Origin: an uncultured Fibrobacterota bacterium
GTDB lineage: Bacteria > Fibrobacterota > Chitinivibrionia > Chitinivibrionales > FEN-1185
Length of the DNA: 64,000 bases
Direction: 5' to 3'
Assembly: GCA_963753345.1 (NCBI GenBank)
Contig: CAVWBU010000040.1
Coordinates: 1-64,000 of the forward strand
The notes beneath the pieces were generated by a model. It was not told the origin of the DNA. It searched no databases and saw nothing but the letters and a program-made list of their open reading frames with translations. Of this stretch, positions 21,546 through 31,600 are shown in pieces. The translations under genes were made by a program, and so were the position numbers. The number at the start of each line of letters is the position of its first letter. Within the stretch, counting starts at the first letter, position 1.

Positions 21546-22091
21546 ATGGAGGTGCATCTGAATCGGCTTCTGAAAGGGGCAATCGCTGCTTCCCTGATGC
21601 TTGCGGCGGGCGCAACGGCGGCAGACGTCATGAAGACCAAGACAGTCGACAGCCTGCGCATAGAGCTGCATGTACTGCCCGCCGAACCGTTTTTCACCCC
21701 GGACGAGGTCGCTGCAAAGCACGTTACGCAGGGGATGCTCATCATGAGCGGCGCCGCGCCAGTGGCGCCCGATGCCGAGTCCCGCCCCAACCATCACCTT
21801 GTCGTGCACGTTTACAATGCGAAAACGGGCAAGGCCATTGCCGATGCGGCCGTGGAAATGAGCTTCCGGTTACTTGACAATAAGGGAAAGACCTCCATCG
21901 TGGCCGTAAACGTTCCCGTGGTGGTGATGCAGGCCATCGGCAAAGGCGCGCAGTCGACTCATTATGGAAACAACGTGACCATGGCGAAGGGATCGTATGC
22001 CGTCAACGTGAAGGTGAACGGAAAAAGTGCGGGATTCAAAGTTGAAGTTGCCGATGGCGGCGACGCCATGCAAGGGATGGATATGCGTTAA
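21546..22091 (+). CDS. Exported His/Met-rich putative metal-binding protein
   Basis: Signal peptide, HHLVVHV, MQAIG..HYGNNV, MQGMDM tail; GGGAGG RBS. Confidence 0.65.
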   Translation: MEVHLNRLLKGAIAASLMLAAGATAADVMKTKTVDSLRIELHVLPAEPFFTPDEVAAKHVTQGMLIMSGAAPVAPDAESRPNHHLVVHVYNAKTGKAIADAAVEMSFRLLDNKGKTSIVAVNVPVVVMQAIGKGAQSTHYGNNVTMAKGSYAVNVKVNGKSAGFKVEVADGGDAMQGMDMR

Positions 22092-22134
22092 TCGCACGGC
22101 TTGTCGGCATCATGTGGAGATCGGTGGAAACTTT

Positions 22135-22998
22135 TTACTGCCGGATCAACACCGAACTGCCGATTATCAATAAGAAAACAAAGCCCTGATAGACATAGAC
22201 CGACCCGAACTGTCGGGTGAAAGCAGGGCTTTGATCTCCCCTCATCAATACTGCATAGAAGAAATAGGCCAGAAACAGTCCGCTCCCTGCAGTAAGCATC
22301 AACGAAGGCAAGATTCCGGAAACAACGCGAACCGCGGGGAATGCACATGCGCTCACCACGGTTGCGGTGGTCCATGCCAAAGCGGAAATCCTGACGCCCT
22401 TCTCATTTGTCGAAGGCACCATGGCAGGGAATCCAGCGCCTTCGTATTCCCTCCCGTATTTTACCAGCAGCACCTGAACATGCGAAACCTGCCACAGAAA
22501 CATGAACAGCGAAAATGTCAGGAAACTACTCATGATGGGCCCGCCGGCCGCTGTAAACCCGATCAGCGGCGGAAGCGCACCGGTAAGCGCGCCGATGAGC
22601 ACGGCAAATCTCGTCTTCCGCTTGAGCGGTGTGTAAACGCCGTTGTACCACAGCAGCGTTGCAATGCCCATGAGCGCCGCAAGAGGTGATGAACCGAAGT
22701 AGAGCACCGAAACGCCAGCACAACCGGTCAGGGCCGTTATGACGAGAACGGAGCGTCCACCCACTTGCCGCATCGGCAAAGGACGCTTCCTGGTCCGGTC
22801 CATCAAAGCATCAAACTCTCGCTCCTGATATTGGTTAAGCGTCGATGCCGCGCACGCCAGAAAGAAGATGCCCAAGAACACTGCCAATGCGTCGGGCGTG
22901 ATCGCATGCCGGCAGCAGACAAACCCCGTGAGCGTGGAACATGACACAATGAGGGAAAGGTTCACGCGAAAGAGCGAGGGGATGGTTTTCCACGTCAT
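22135..22998 (-). CDS. ctaB: Protoheme IX farnesyltransferase (heme o synthase)
   Basis: LNQYQEREFDALMDRTRKRPLP, YTPLKRKT, IGALTGALPPLIG. Confidence 0.9.
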   Translation of the reverse strand: MTWKTIPSLFRVNLSLIVSCSTLTGFVCCRHAITPDALAVFLGIFFLACAASTLNQYQEREFDALMDRTRKRPLPMRQVGGRSVLVITALTGCAGVSVLYFGSSPLAALMGIATLLWYNGVYTPLKRKTRFAVLIGALTGALPPLIGFTAAGGPIMSSFLTFSLFMFLWQVSHVQVLLVKYGREYEGAGFPAMVPSTNEKGVRISALAWTTATVVSACAFPAVRVVSGILPSLMLTAGSGLFLAYFFYAVLMRGDQSPAFTRQFGSVYVYQGFVFLLIIGSSVLIRQ

Positions 22999-23014
22999 GC
23001 GCCAGCACCCGCGA

Positions 23015-23929
23015 TCACTTAATGCCTTTGAGATAGTGAACGATTTCCGCAATGTCCGATTCGGAAAGAATATCTTTGCTCGGCGGCATGGTGTTCGGGA
23101 ACCCTGAGACCACATCGGCGCCGGGATCGACAATTGACTTATGGATGTAGGAGGAATCCGCGACAATGGTCCGCTGCACGCCTGCGGTCGAGACAAGCAC
23201 CGTTGAGCCGAAAAGCCCTTTGAACGTGGGTCCCATCATGCGGTTTCCTTCAATGGAATGGCACGAAATGCACCCGCGTTCAAACAGAAGGCGCTCCCCG
23301 GCGGGCATGTTCATGTAACTCGCGCCGGTAAACTGTATCTTCTTGCCTTGTCGCCAGGCCTCGAACTGGTCCGGCGGCACCACGATAAGCTTGGCAATCA
23401 TAGCGGAATGTTTTCGTCCGCAGTACTGCGAGCAAAGGATGTAATAGCTCCCCATGGTGGTGGCGTTGAACCACACGAACGTTTTAAGCCCGGGCACCGC
23501 GTCCTGCTGAATCCGGAAGGCAGGGACGTAAAACCCGTGGATTACGTCGGCCGAAATAAGCTCGCACCGGACGTTTCTCCCCAGCGGGACGATAAGGTCC
23601 GGGCTTTTCCTGCCGTCGTCGTATTCAAAAAGCCATGACCACTGGCGCGCATGCACCTTTACCGAAAGAGAACCGGCGGGCGCCGACCGGAGAAACCGAA
23701 AACCCGTGAGGCCGTAGATGAACATGGTGGTAACGAGAAGTGTTGGTACAACCACCCACAGTACCTCAAGAAGAGCGCTTTGGGGCAGTTCGGACGGGAC
23801 CGGATTGCGCGATGTGCGATAGCGGACCAGGAAAAATATCATAAAGAAAATAATCAGGAACAGAAGAAGCACGGAAAGCGCAAGAATGTAGATGAGCGCG
23901 CCGTCAACAACACCTGTCGATGTGGCCAT
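23015..23929 (-). CDS. coxB: Cytochrome c oxidase subunit II with fused cytochrome c (caa3 type)
   Basis: DVIHGF and CSQYCGRKHSAM CuA ligands; C-terminal CISCH and NTMP. Confidence 0.95.
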   Translation of the reverse strand: MATSTGVVDGALIYILALSVLLLFLIIFFMIFFLVRYRTSRNPVPSELPQSALLEVLWVVVPTLLVTTMFIYGLTGFRFLRSAPAGSLSVKVHARQWSWLFEYDDGRKSPDLIVPLGRNVRCELISADVIHGFYVPAFRIQQDAVPGLKTFVWFNATTMGSYYILCSQYCGRKHSAMIAKLIVVPPDQFEAWRQGKKIQFTGASYMNMPAGERLLFERGCISCHSIEGNRMMGPTFKGLFGSTVLVSTAGVQRTIVADSSYIHKSIVDPGADVVSGFPNTMPPSKDILSESDIAEIVHYLKGIK

Positions 23930-23944
23930 GGCTGATGTTCCCCG

Positions 23945-24256
23945 TTACCTCGTTATGACGTCGGAAAACGTGAGGCCGATAAAGATCGCAAGCGTGGCCA
24001 TTGCAATGGGGACCAGGAGTTTGATGATGAGTCTCCGTTCGTACCGTAGGTGCATGAAATAGAACAACACGAGCGTTGACTTTATCGCAGCGATGCTCAG
24101 ACACACCATGATGGCTATCTTTTGGAGGTTGAAACCGGCCACCGCCACGGTGGTTGCGGTAAGCACGATGAGCGCTCCCCATACAGCCATGTAGATACGC
24201 ATTCCCGGCCCATGGGGCGGTGTGTCCCAAATTTCCCGCGCTTCGTTTGCGTCCAT
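23945..24256 (-). CDS. Cytochrome c oxidase subunit IV
   Basis: Three TM helices, IKSTLVLFYFMHLRYE. Confidence 0.88.
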   Translation of the reverse strand: MDANEAREIWDTPPHGPGMRIYMAVWGALIVLTATTVAVAGFNLQKIAIMVCLSIAAIKSTLVLFYFMHLRYERRLIIKLLVPIAMATLAIFIGLTFSDVITR

Positions 24257-24264
24257 GCCGTCCC

Positions 24265-24864
24265 CTAGGAAATAAGGTAAAAGAGCGGAAACAGGAATAT
24301 CCAGATAATGTCCACCAAGTGCCAATACAAACCGGAATTCACGAGATAAATCGGGTTCCCCGGGGTTATGGTTCCGCGCACGACACGGATGAGCATCACC
24401 GATAAAACGCCGATGCCCACGAGGACATGGACCGCATGCAGCCCCGTCATCATGTAATAGAGCCCGAAAAACAGGTTCTCCCCTTTGGAACGTGACAGCA
24501 GCGCCTTGGCGTTCGGATAGAGGCCATGATGAAACTTGGCGGTCCATTCAAATGTCTTTACTATAAGGAAACCGAATGCGCAGGCGATGGTGGCTCCAAC
24601 AAACAGGGCCGATTGTCCCGGTCTGCCGCCCTGAAGCGCCGCAATGCCAAGCGCGACGGCGAGACTGCTGGTGATGAGGATAACGGTGTTGAGCGTGCCG
24701 AGAGCCCTGTTGAGCTCCAGTGACCCTGCGTGAAAACCGGCCGGATTCTTGAGCCGGTACATGGAGTACAGGAGAAACAATCCGCCGAACAAGATTATCT
24801 CGGTAGCAATGAACAGCCATATGCCAACCCTCCCGGCCGCATGTGGGTCTTCCCTGCTGTTCAT
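24265..24864 (-). CDS. coxC: Cytochrome c oxidase subunit III
   Basis: WLFIATEIILFGGLF, TGLHAVHV, GLYWHLVDIIWIFLFPLFY. Confidence 0.95.
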   Translation of the reverse strand: MNSREDPHAAGRVGIWLFIATEIILFGGLFLLYSMYRLKNPAGFHAGSLELNRALGTLNTVILITSSLAVALGIAALQGGRPGQSALFVGATIACAFGFLIVKTFEWTAKFHHGLYPNAKALLSRSKGENLFFGLYYMMTGLHAVHVLVGIGVLSVMLIRVVRGTITPGNPIYLVNSGLYWHLVDIIWIFLFPLFYLIS

Positions 24865-26489
24865 ACGCCGGCCTCTTTTTTGTCAAATTCGTAGGGCCCC
24901 CGTGTGATCGTCGGAATTTCCTCAAAATCCTCGTGACCGGGCGGCGACGGCAGGGTCCATTCGAGTGTGGCGCCTCCCCAGGGATTGGACGGTGCTTTGG
25001 TGCCTGCAACAAGGCCGCGCACGAGATTGATTGCCACAAGCAGCAGACCCGCAACCGTGATAAACGATCCGATGCTCACAACCTGGTGAAGGGTTGCGAA
25101 CTGCGGAAGATAGTTGTAGTAACGACGCGGCATTCCCTCCCATCCCAGAATAAACATCGGGAAATAGAAAATATTGAACCCCCCAAATACAATGAGCCAG
25201 GCAACAACCGCCATGGGCTTGCTGTACATCTTTCCGGTCATTTTCGGAAACCAGTAATGAATTGCCGCAGCCAGACCGAACCCCATGCCGCCGAAAATGA
25301 CATAGTGGAAATGGCCGACCACAAAATAGGTGTTGTGGAGCTGAACGTTCGGCGACAACGCGCCGAGGAAAAGCCCGGTAAGTCCGCCGATGGAAAACAG
25401 AAAAACAAAAGACAGCGCGTACAAAAACGGCGGCTCTATCTGGATCGACCCCTTGTACATGGTGGCAAGCCAGTTGAACACCTTGATGGCGCTCGGCACG
25501 GCGACCAGAAACGTGAGGAACGAAAAAATGATGCCTGCCGTGTCGCTCTGACCGCTCACATACATGTGGTGGCCCCACACAAGCGATCCAACGCTGGCGA
25601 TGGCAAGGCTCGAAAAAGCGATCATTTTGTACCCGTAGATATTCTTCCTCGAAAACACGGGGAATATATCGGAGATCACTCCCATTGCGGGAAGTATCAT
25701 GATGTAAACCGCGGGATGCGAATAGATCCAGAACAGGTGCTGGTACAAAAGCGGGTCGCCGCCTTTCGAGGGATCGAAAACGCCGATGCCGAACAGCCGC
25801 TCCATAACCACAAGCAGCATGGTGATGCCGATGATCGGCGTGGCGAGGATCTGCACCCACGCGGTGGCATAAAATCCCCACACCGAGAGCGGCATCTTGA
25901 AGAACCCCATGCCCGGCGCCCTGAGTTGGTGCACCGTGGTGACGATATTGATCCCCGTGAGGATTGACGACATGCCCAAGATGAAAACCGCAAATACTGC
26001 GAGCGGAACGTCTACCGTTGTCTTCAGGCTGAATGGGACGTAAAACGTCCACCCAGTGTCGACCGCTCCACCGCCGAAGAACACCGAAACCAAGGCGAGC
26101 ACCGCGCCGAGCACGAACAAATACCAGGTAAACAGGTTGAGCCTGGGAAAAATCATGTCGCGGCCGCCGATGAGAATGGGCAGGAAAAAGTTTCCGAAAA
26201 TGGTCGGGACGGCAGGGATCACTACAAGGAAAATCATGATGATCCCGTGCAGGGTAAACGCAGCATTGTATTGTTGCGGGGTGAGGATGACGTGGCCGGG
26301 AAGCATGTTGATACGCATGATCACGCCGATGACGACCGCGGTTGAAAAAAACGTGGCGATGCAAAACAGATACAAGAGCCCGATGCGCTTGTGATCGGTG
26401 GCTAGAAGCCAGCCCAATACACCTGGGTATTTCCCTTTGTGCAAAAAGTAAGGGACGTAGTCGTGTTTGTCTACAGCGGATTCGTTCAT
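24861..26489 (-). CDS. coxA: Cytochrome c oxidase subunit I, type A2
   Basis: DHKRIG, HGIIMIF, FWIYSHPAVY (YS motif = A2), WGHHM, HFHYV, GMPRRY. Confidence 0.97.
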   Translation of the reverse strand: MNESAVDKHDYVPYFLHKGKYPGVLGWLLATDHKRIGLLYLFCIATFFSTAVVIGVIMRINMLPGHVILTPQQYNAAFTLHGIIMIFLVVIPAVPTIFGNFFLPILIGGRDMIFPRLNLFTWYLFVLGAVLALVSVFFGGGAVDTGWTFYVPFSLKTTVDVPLAVFAVFILGMSSILTGINIVTTVHQLRAPGMGFFKMPLSVWGFYATAWVQILATPIIGITMLLVVMERLFGIGVFDPSKGGDPLLYQHLFWIYSHPAVYIMILPAMGVISDIFPVFSRKNIYGYKMIAFSSLAIASVGSLVWGHHMYVSGQSDTAGIIFSFLTFLVAVPSAIKVFNWLATMYKGSIQIEPPFLYALSFVFLFSIGGLTGLFLGALSPNVQLHNTYFVVGHFHYVIFGGMGFGLAAAIHYWFPKMTGKMYSKPMAVVAWLIVFGGFNIFYFPMFILGWEGMPRRYYNYLPQFATLHQVVSIGSFITVAGLLLVAINLVRGLVAGTKAPSNPWGGATLEWTLPSPPGHEDFEEIPTITRGPYEFDKKEAGV

Positions 26490-27394
26490 CGGCGGGGTTC
26501 CCGTGCCTTGCGCTTCTTTCCGGATACAATCAGATACGCCACAAAAATCCCGAGAAGGGTAAGAATTACCGTTGCACTCACCTGAAGAATATTGAACACA
26601 AACCGGTGGCTCTTGGGGTCATAGCTGAAACAGGCGCGCAGCACGCGCGCGATGGTCGGTTGCACCGTACCGTTTGACGCTTCCATGAGGGACATGGTGA
26701 TGTCCATGGGAAGGAAATCGGTGCCCAGAATGTAGCGCGTCACCTTACCTTGCGGCGAAAGGATGATGAGACCGAGAGGATGGTCGAATTCATCCCCTTT
26801 CTTGACATAGCGGAATCCGACGGCGGCGGTCACTTTTTTAATGCTTTCCGCCGGGCCCGTGAGAAAATGCCACCGCTGTGCGGGATACGGTTTCTGTACC
26901 GCCTCGAACGCGATCGTCCTTGCCTTCAACGCATCCGCCGGCGTTTCCTTTTCATCGATGCTGATGGTGACGACGTTCGGCGCTGTTTCCGGTTTATCGG
27001 TAAACGGCCGCAGCACGTTTGCGATGGAGGTAAGAAGGATGCTGCAGGCGTCCGGGCATTTATAGTAGAGAAGGGAAAGTATGGTCGGCCCCTTCACGAT
27101 GTCGCGGAGCCGGATCGTGTCCCCCGTCTGGGCGATGAAAGGGATATCGAGCGGGACCAATGCTCCCGGCTTTTCGTCCATGCCCATCGCGCCCGACACG
27201 GCGGTGTCCGCAGCAGCGGGCAGAAGTGCGATGGAGTCCATCGCAGCGCCTTGGGGGAGGTCAGGTTTGTGGCTGTGCCCACCGTGCGCAAACAGCGGAA
27301 AAAGGAAAGCTGCTGCAACGATGAGGAAGGAGCAAGCGGCCCAGCAACGGATGTCATGCTCTGTAATCCGGTTCATGATTATTGACCTTGACAT
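26486..27394 (-). CDS. SCO family copper chaperone
   Basis: CPDAC motif, WHFLTG, FDHP, CFSYDP with C-terminal TM. Confidence 0.9.
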   Translation of the reverse strand: MSRSIIMNRITEHDIRCWAACSFLIVAAAFLFPLFAHGGHSHKPDLPQGAAMDSIALLPAAADTAVSGAMGMDEKPGALVPLDIPFIAQTGDTIRLRDIVKGPTILSLLYYKCPDACSILLTSIANVLRPFTDKPETAPNVVTISIDEKETPADALKARTIAFEAVQKPYPAQRWHFLTGPAESIKKVTAAVGFRYVKKGDEFDHPLGLIILSPQGKVTRYILGTDFLPMDITMSLMEASNGTVQPTIARVLRACFSYDPKSHRFVFNILQVSATVILTLLGIFVAYLIVSGKKRKAREPRR

Positions 27395-27398
27395 ATTG

Positions 27399-28007
27399 CT
27401 ATCTCCCCGAATCCTGGCGGGTCCCGGGCGAATCCGGCGAGTGTCGTTTCGCGGCGGTATCCGGTTTCACCGTACCGGTTTCCGCAGCGGAGCGCTTTCG
27501 ACCCGTGGAATCCGTGGGACCGCTTGCCGCGGGAAGCCCCCCGGCGGCGACCGAAAATTTTGGCGCCTTAATCTGCAATCCGCGTCCGTAAATAATGCCA
27601 GACCCAAAATAGCCCAGTCCTATCATGGCGACAAAAGCTATAACGTAAAGAATGGTCATGGTCATGGTGTGCAGCTTGATTTCCGAGCCGAGAATGATTC
27701 CCGTGCCGAGCACGATGAGCGCGATCCCGGCAAGCGTCATCTTGATCATGATGGGCACAAACAACGCGGCATGGTAAAAATGAATCCAGTCCATCACACC
27801 GAGCATGATGGTGGGAAACGCGAAAATGAACGCGAGGATCGAGGCGTGCCGCGCCGTCAAGACCAAATTCTTCCGTTTGAAAATCACGGCGACAAGAAAA
27901 AATATCAGCGCGCCGACAACAAGTCCGATCGGCATGTGCGTTATCGGTGAATGGAGGGGTTCCTTAAAACCGATTTTTGCCAGGAAGGCATAAAGGTCAT
28001 CGATCAT
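27399..28007 (-). CDS. DUF2231-type membrane protein, first gene of the oxidase operon
   Basis: PLHSPITHMPIG, four TM helices, GYFGSGIIYG, low-complexity tail. Confidence 0.75.
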   Translation of the reverse strand: MIDDLYAFLAKIGFKEPLHSPITHMPIGLVVGALIFFLVAVIFKRKNLVLTARHASILAFIFAFPTIMLGVMDWIHFYHAALFVPIMIKMTLAGIALIVLGTGIILGSEIKLHTMTMTILYVIAFVAMIGLGYFGSGIIYGRGLQIKAPKFSVAAGGLPAASGPTDSTGRKRSAAETGTVKPDTAAKRHSPDSPGTRQDSGR

Positions 28008-28128
28008 TAGTATTCTCCGGGGTGTTCATAGGAAAATTCTTAGACAGAAAATATATTCCGGGACAAACCCCTATTCTTAACCGGTAAAACAGTGGAGAGA
28101 GCAATTTGGGACATTTCGTTTCGAAGAA

Positions 28129-28143
28129 CGGCACGCCTTTTGC
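28129..28143 (+). promoter_or_regulatory. Sigma-54 promoter
   Basis: CGGCACGCCTTTTGC. Confidence 0.65.
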
Positions 28144-28230
28144 GTTTCTTACCATCAGGTCGGAAAGGGAAATACGCCTGATAATCATTTCCTGATTTAT
28201 TACAGACCATCCACCACACAGGAGCACTTT

Positions 28231-29193
28231 ATGAAAGCAATTAGAATACATGAGTTCGGCCCGCCCGAGGTGATGAAGCTTGAAGAAGTCGACGACCTTC
28301 ATCCAAGCGAAGGAACAGTGCTCGTCAGGATTGCTGCCGCAGGTGTCAACCCCGTGGAAGCCTACATCCGGTCCGGAGGCTACGCGCGGAAACCTGTCCT
28401 TCCCTACACTCCCGGCGCCGATGCCGCCGGCACGGTCGAAGAGGTCGGAGCCGGCGTTACTTCCTTTAAGGCGGGCGACAGGGTCTATACCTCGGGCTCG
28501 ACAACCGGGACCTATGCGCAAAAGGCAGTATGCGAAGAACGTCACCTTCACCGGCTTCCCGACAACGTTGATTTCCGGCAGGGCGCTGCGCTCGGCGTTC
28601 CTTACGGCACTGCGTACCGCGCCCTGTTTCAGCGCGCGCGAGCCGTTGCGGGAGAGAGCGTTCTTATACACGGCGCGACCGGCGGGGTCGGCATCGCCGC
28701 GGTTCAACTCTCGCTCGCCGCCGGCCTTGCCGTGATCGCCACCGGCGGATCGGAGCGCGGACGCGCGCTGCTTGCCGGTCAAGGCGTGGGCAATGTGCTG
28801 GACCATTCCGCGTCGGGGTACCTTGACAGGATAAAATCGGTTACGGGCGACCGCGGCGTGGACATTGTGCTGGAAATGCTCGCAAACGTCAACCTCGCCA
28901 ACGACCTTGCGGTCCTCGCGAAAAACGGACGCGTCGTCGTGATCGGCAGCAGGGGGAACGTCGAGATCAATCCTCGCGACCTGATGGCCCGTGATGCCTC
29001 GATCCTCGGGATGACGCTGTTCAACGCGGGAGCGGCAGACCTCCAGTCCATTCATGCCGGCATCATTGCAGGGTTGTCAAACAACACGCTCAGGCCGGTC
29101 ATCGGAAAGGAATTCCCTTTGAAGGATGCGGCCGCGGCACATTCAGCGGTCATGGAGAAAGGCGCACATGGAAAGATAATCCTCGTTCCCTAA
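28231..29193 (+). CDS. NADPH:quinone reductase (zeta-crystallin family)
   Basis: MKAIRIHEFGPPEV, GVNPVE, LIHGATGGVG, GAHGKIIL. Confidence 0.94.
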   Translation: MKAIRIHEFGPPEVMKLEEVDDLHPSEGTVLVRIAAAGVNPVEAYIRSGGYARKPVLPYTPGADAAGTVEEVGAGVTSFKAGDRVYTSGSTTGTYAQKAVCEERHLHRLPDNVDFRQGAALGVPYGTAYRALFQRARAVAGESVLIHGATGGVGIAAVQLSLAAGLAVIATGGSERGRALLAGQGVGNVLDHSASGYLDRIKSVTGDRGVDIVLEMLANVNLANDLAVLAKNGRVVVIGSRGNVEINPRDLMARDASILGMTLFNAGAADLQSIHAGIIAGLSNNTLRPVIGKEFPLKDAAAAHSAVMEKGAHGKIILVP

Positions 29194-29271
29194 TCAGACA
29201 AAGCGGAAAACCGGCCCCGTTTCATACGCCGGAGTGTTTTGTATTGTCATCCCGACGCAATAACGGTGGTA

Positions 29272-29463
29272 TTAGTCAACCACTGTTATTGCATCGACTG
29301 GACAGCTCTCGGCAGCCTCCCTGCATAGTGGTTCCTGGTCGCCCGGAACAGGTCCGGTAAGAGCTGTTGCGAAGCCGTCGTCGCCCATGGAAAAAACTAA
29401 AGGACAAATCTGAGCGCACATTTCGCATCCCACACACAGGTCCTTATTTACAGTTGCCGTCAT
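29272..29463 (-). CDS. Mono-cluster ferredoxin
   Basis: CVGCEMCAQIC...ESCPVDAI; AAAGG RBS. Confidence 0.9.
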   Translation of the reverse strand: MTATVNKDLCVGCEMCAQICPLVFSMGDDGFATALTGPVPGDQEPLCREAAESCPVDAITVVD

Positions 29464-29519
29464 GATACACCTTTCCTTATGTTGGGTTTATCAACCACAT
29501 TGCAGCAATAGGAAGCGCT

Positions 29520-29876
29520 ATGCCTGATCTTCCGCGATCGTTTGAAGAACTCATATTCACCTCCGACAAGCCGGTCCTGGTGGATTTCTGGGCGGAGTGG
29601 TGCATGCCATGCCGCATTGTGAGCCCCACCATCGAACAGATTGCCAAAGAATATTCAGGTCGTCTCATTACGGTAAAAGTGAATGTGGACGAGAAGCAGC
29701 TCATTGCAGTCAGGTATCAGATCGCAAGCATCCCTTCGGTTATGATGTTCTGGAAAGGTCAGCCTTTGTTCCGTATCGTAGGAGTTCAGCCTGCCGACGA
29801 AATCAGACGCAAGATTGAAGAGCATTGGCCCGCCGGCCATCCTGACAAACCGGACGAATCCGCAACCACTTTGTAA
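29520..29876 (+). CDS. trxA: Thioredoxin
   Basis: VLVDFWAEWCMPCR, KVNVDE, SIP. Confidence 0.93.
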   Translation: MPDLPRSFEELIFTSDKPVLVDFWAEWCMPCRIVSPTIEQIAKEYSGRLITVKVNVDEKQLIAVRYQIASIPSVMMFWKGQPLFRIVGVQPADEIRRKIEEHWPAGHPDKPDESATTL

Positions 29877-29905
29877 ATTCCTTCGACAAGGTTGCAGGTG
29901 AGCCA

Positions 29906-30886
29906 TTAGTCGGCGAGGCCTTTTTCAAGGAGCCACCGCTCCGCATCCGTCGCCGCCATGCACCCGCTGCCTGATGCTGTTATTGCCTGCCGGTATTTCC
30001 TGTCCGTCACATCCCCGGCTGCAAAAACTCCGTCAACCGAGGTGAGAGATGTTCCCGGCTTGGTCCGTACATGCCCGGATTCCTCCATTCTCACCTGGTT
30101 TCCAAGAAATGCAGTGTTCGGAAGCTGACCGATCGCCTCAAATGCGCCGTTTACTTCCAGAACTTGCGTGTTTCCCGTTGTTTCATCCTTGAGCAGCACG
30201 CTGGAGAGAACTTCATCACCGCGGAATTCCACAACGCTCTTGTTCCAGAGGATCTCGACCTTGGGATGGCCAGCAACACGTTGTTGCATTATTCTGCTGG
30301 CCGTGAGCTGGCTCCTTCGATGAACGATAAAAACCTTTGACCCGAATTGGCAGAGATGGAGCGCGCTCTCGGCAGCGGTGTCTCCCCCTCCGATAACGGC
30401 AAGAAGTTTGTTCCGGAAGATGGGCAGGGCGCCGTCGCATATTGCGCATGCCGAAACTCCTCTCCCCCAGAATCTTTGTTCCGATTCCAACGGCAACCGT
30501 CTGGCTGCAGCGCCGGTGGCAATTATGACAGAATGCGTCTCAATGCGTTCCTTGTTTGAGCAGGTGAGAACAAAAGGCCGCGACTGCAGGTTTGCTTCGA
30601 CCACATCGGCGGCAATGACGCGCAGGCCGAACATCTGAACGTGTTCCCGCATCAATCGTATGAGCTCCGGGCCTTCCACGCCATTGGGAAAAGCAGGAAA
30701 ATTTTCCACATGATTTGCTATCATGAGCTGACCGCCGGCAATTCCTCCGCTCTGCGCCCCCTCGACGAGCAGCGGAGCGATATTCGCGCGCGCCGCATAG
30801 AGGGCCGCGGTCAGTCCTGCGGGACCCGACCCGACGATTACCAGTTTTTCCACCAGTGAACCCGCCTTATCCGATCGCCTGTACAC
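29906..30886 (-). CDS. trxB: Thioredoxin-disulfide reductase
   Basis: GSGPAG, SACAICDG, GGGDTA, FAAGDV, YRQAITA. Confidence 0.94.
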   Translation of the reverse strand: MYRRSDKAGSLVEKLVIVGSGPAGLTAALYAARANIAPLLVEGAQSGGIAGGQLMIANHVENFPAFPNGVEGPELIRLMREHVQMFGLRVIAADVVEANLQSRPFVLTCSNKERIETHSVIIATGAAARRLPLESEQRFWGRGVSACAICDGALPIFRNKLLAVIGGGDTAAESALHLCQFGSKVFIVHRRSQLTASRIMQQRVAGHPKVEILWNKSVVEFRGDEVLSSVLLKDETTGNTQVLEVNGAFEAIGQLPNTAFLGNQVRMEESGHVRTKPGTSLTSVDGVFAAGDVTDRKYRQAITASGSGCMAATDAERWLLEKGLAD

Positions 30887-30942
30887 CTGCCGATTTTATA
30901 ATCAGTGAAGCGGTATACCCCTGCAATAGAGCTCTGTCAAGT

Positions 30943-31488
30943 TCACAAGGCTCCGACAAAGGTTACATGGGCAAAATCTTCTTCCAAGCCTCTGAGGTGT
31001 TCTCTCACCGCGTGCATCTGTTCAATGAAAAGTCTTTGTATTCCCGAATCCTCTTCAAAGTCCGCCCGCCTGGAATACAATTCCAGTTCCTTCTGCTCTT
31101 TCTTTGAGATGAAAATGAAAACCTCATTGATAGTGTTTACCGGTTTCATATCGCAATTGAGCATGTATTGCACGAACGGCGAAAGCACCGATTCTTCTCC
31201 CTCCGCGGATTCAGCGTCATTCATTCCGAGCGACATTCGCAGCTTCTGTTCCATCTCCCTTTTTCGCCCGGCCATATTCATCAATAAACTTTTTTGCGCA
31301 GTGCCCCGGATCATCCGTGCCATATTCTCATAACATGATCTTAACTGCTGGCACCGAAACAAAAAGAACTGGTAAAAGTCCCGGTGTTGCGCCTTTTCGA
31401 TTGAAAATACCATTGCCTCGGTGACCGGATTCGCAGCCCCGAAATCGGTTCGGCTGTCGGCGTTTTTTTGCGGTTCAGCTTCGGTCAT
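30943..31488 (-). CDS. Degenerate ferritin/rubrerythrin-like helical protein
   Basis: Duplicated helical pattern (YENMA...; FISKKEQKELELYSRRAD...VREH); metal ligands incomplete. Confidence 0.5.
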   Translation of the reverse strand: MTEAEPQKNADSRTDFGAANPVTEAMVFSIEKAQHRDFYQFFLFRCQQLRSCYENMARMIRGTAQKSLLMNMAGRKREMEQKLRMSLGMNDAESAEGEESVLSPFVQYMLNCDMKPVNTINEVFIFISKKEQKELELYSRRADFEEDSGIQRLFIEQMHAVREHLRGLEEDFAHVTFVGAL

Positions 31489-31600
31489 GAGTTGGCCCCG
31501 TATTCCGGAAGATCTGTCGTTCGGATTGGTCTGCATGCCAACTATTGCCTCGTCGGCGGTAACACGGTGACGCAAACATCTGCAACCGGATCCCATTTTG

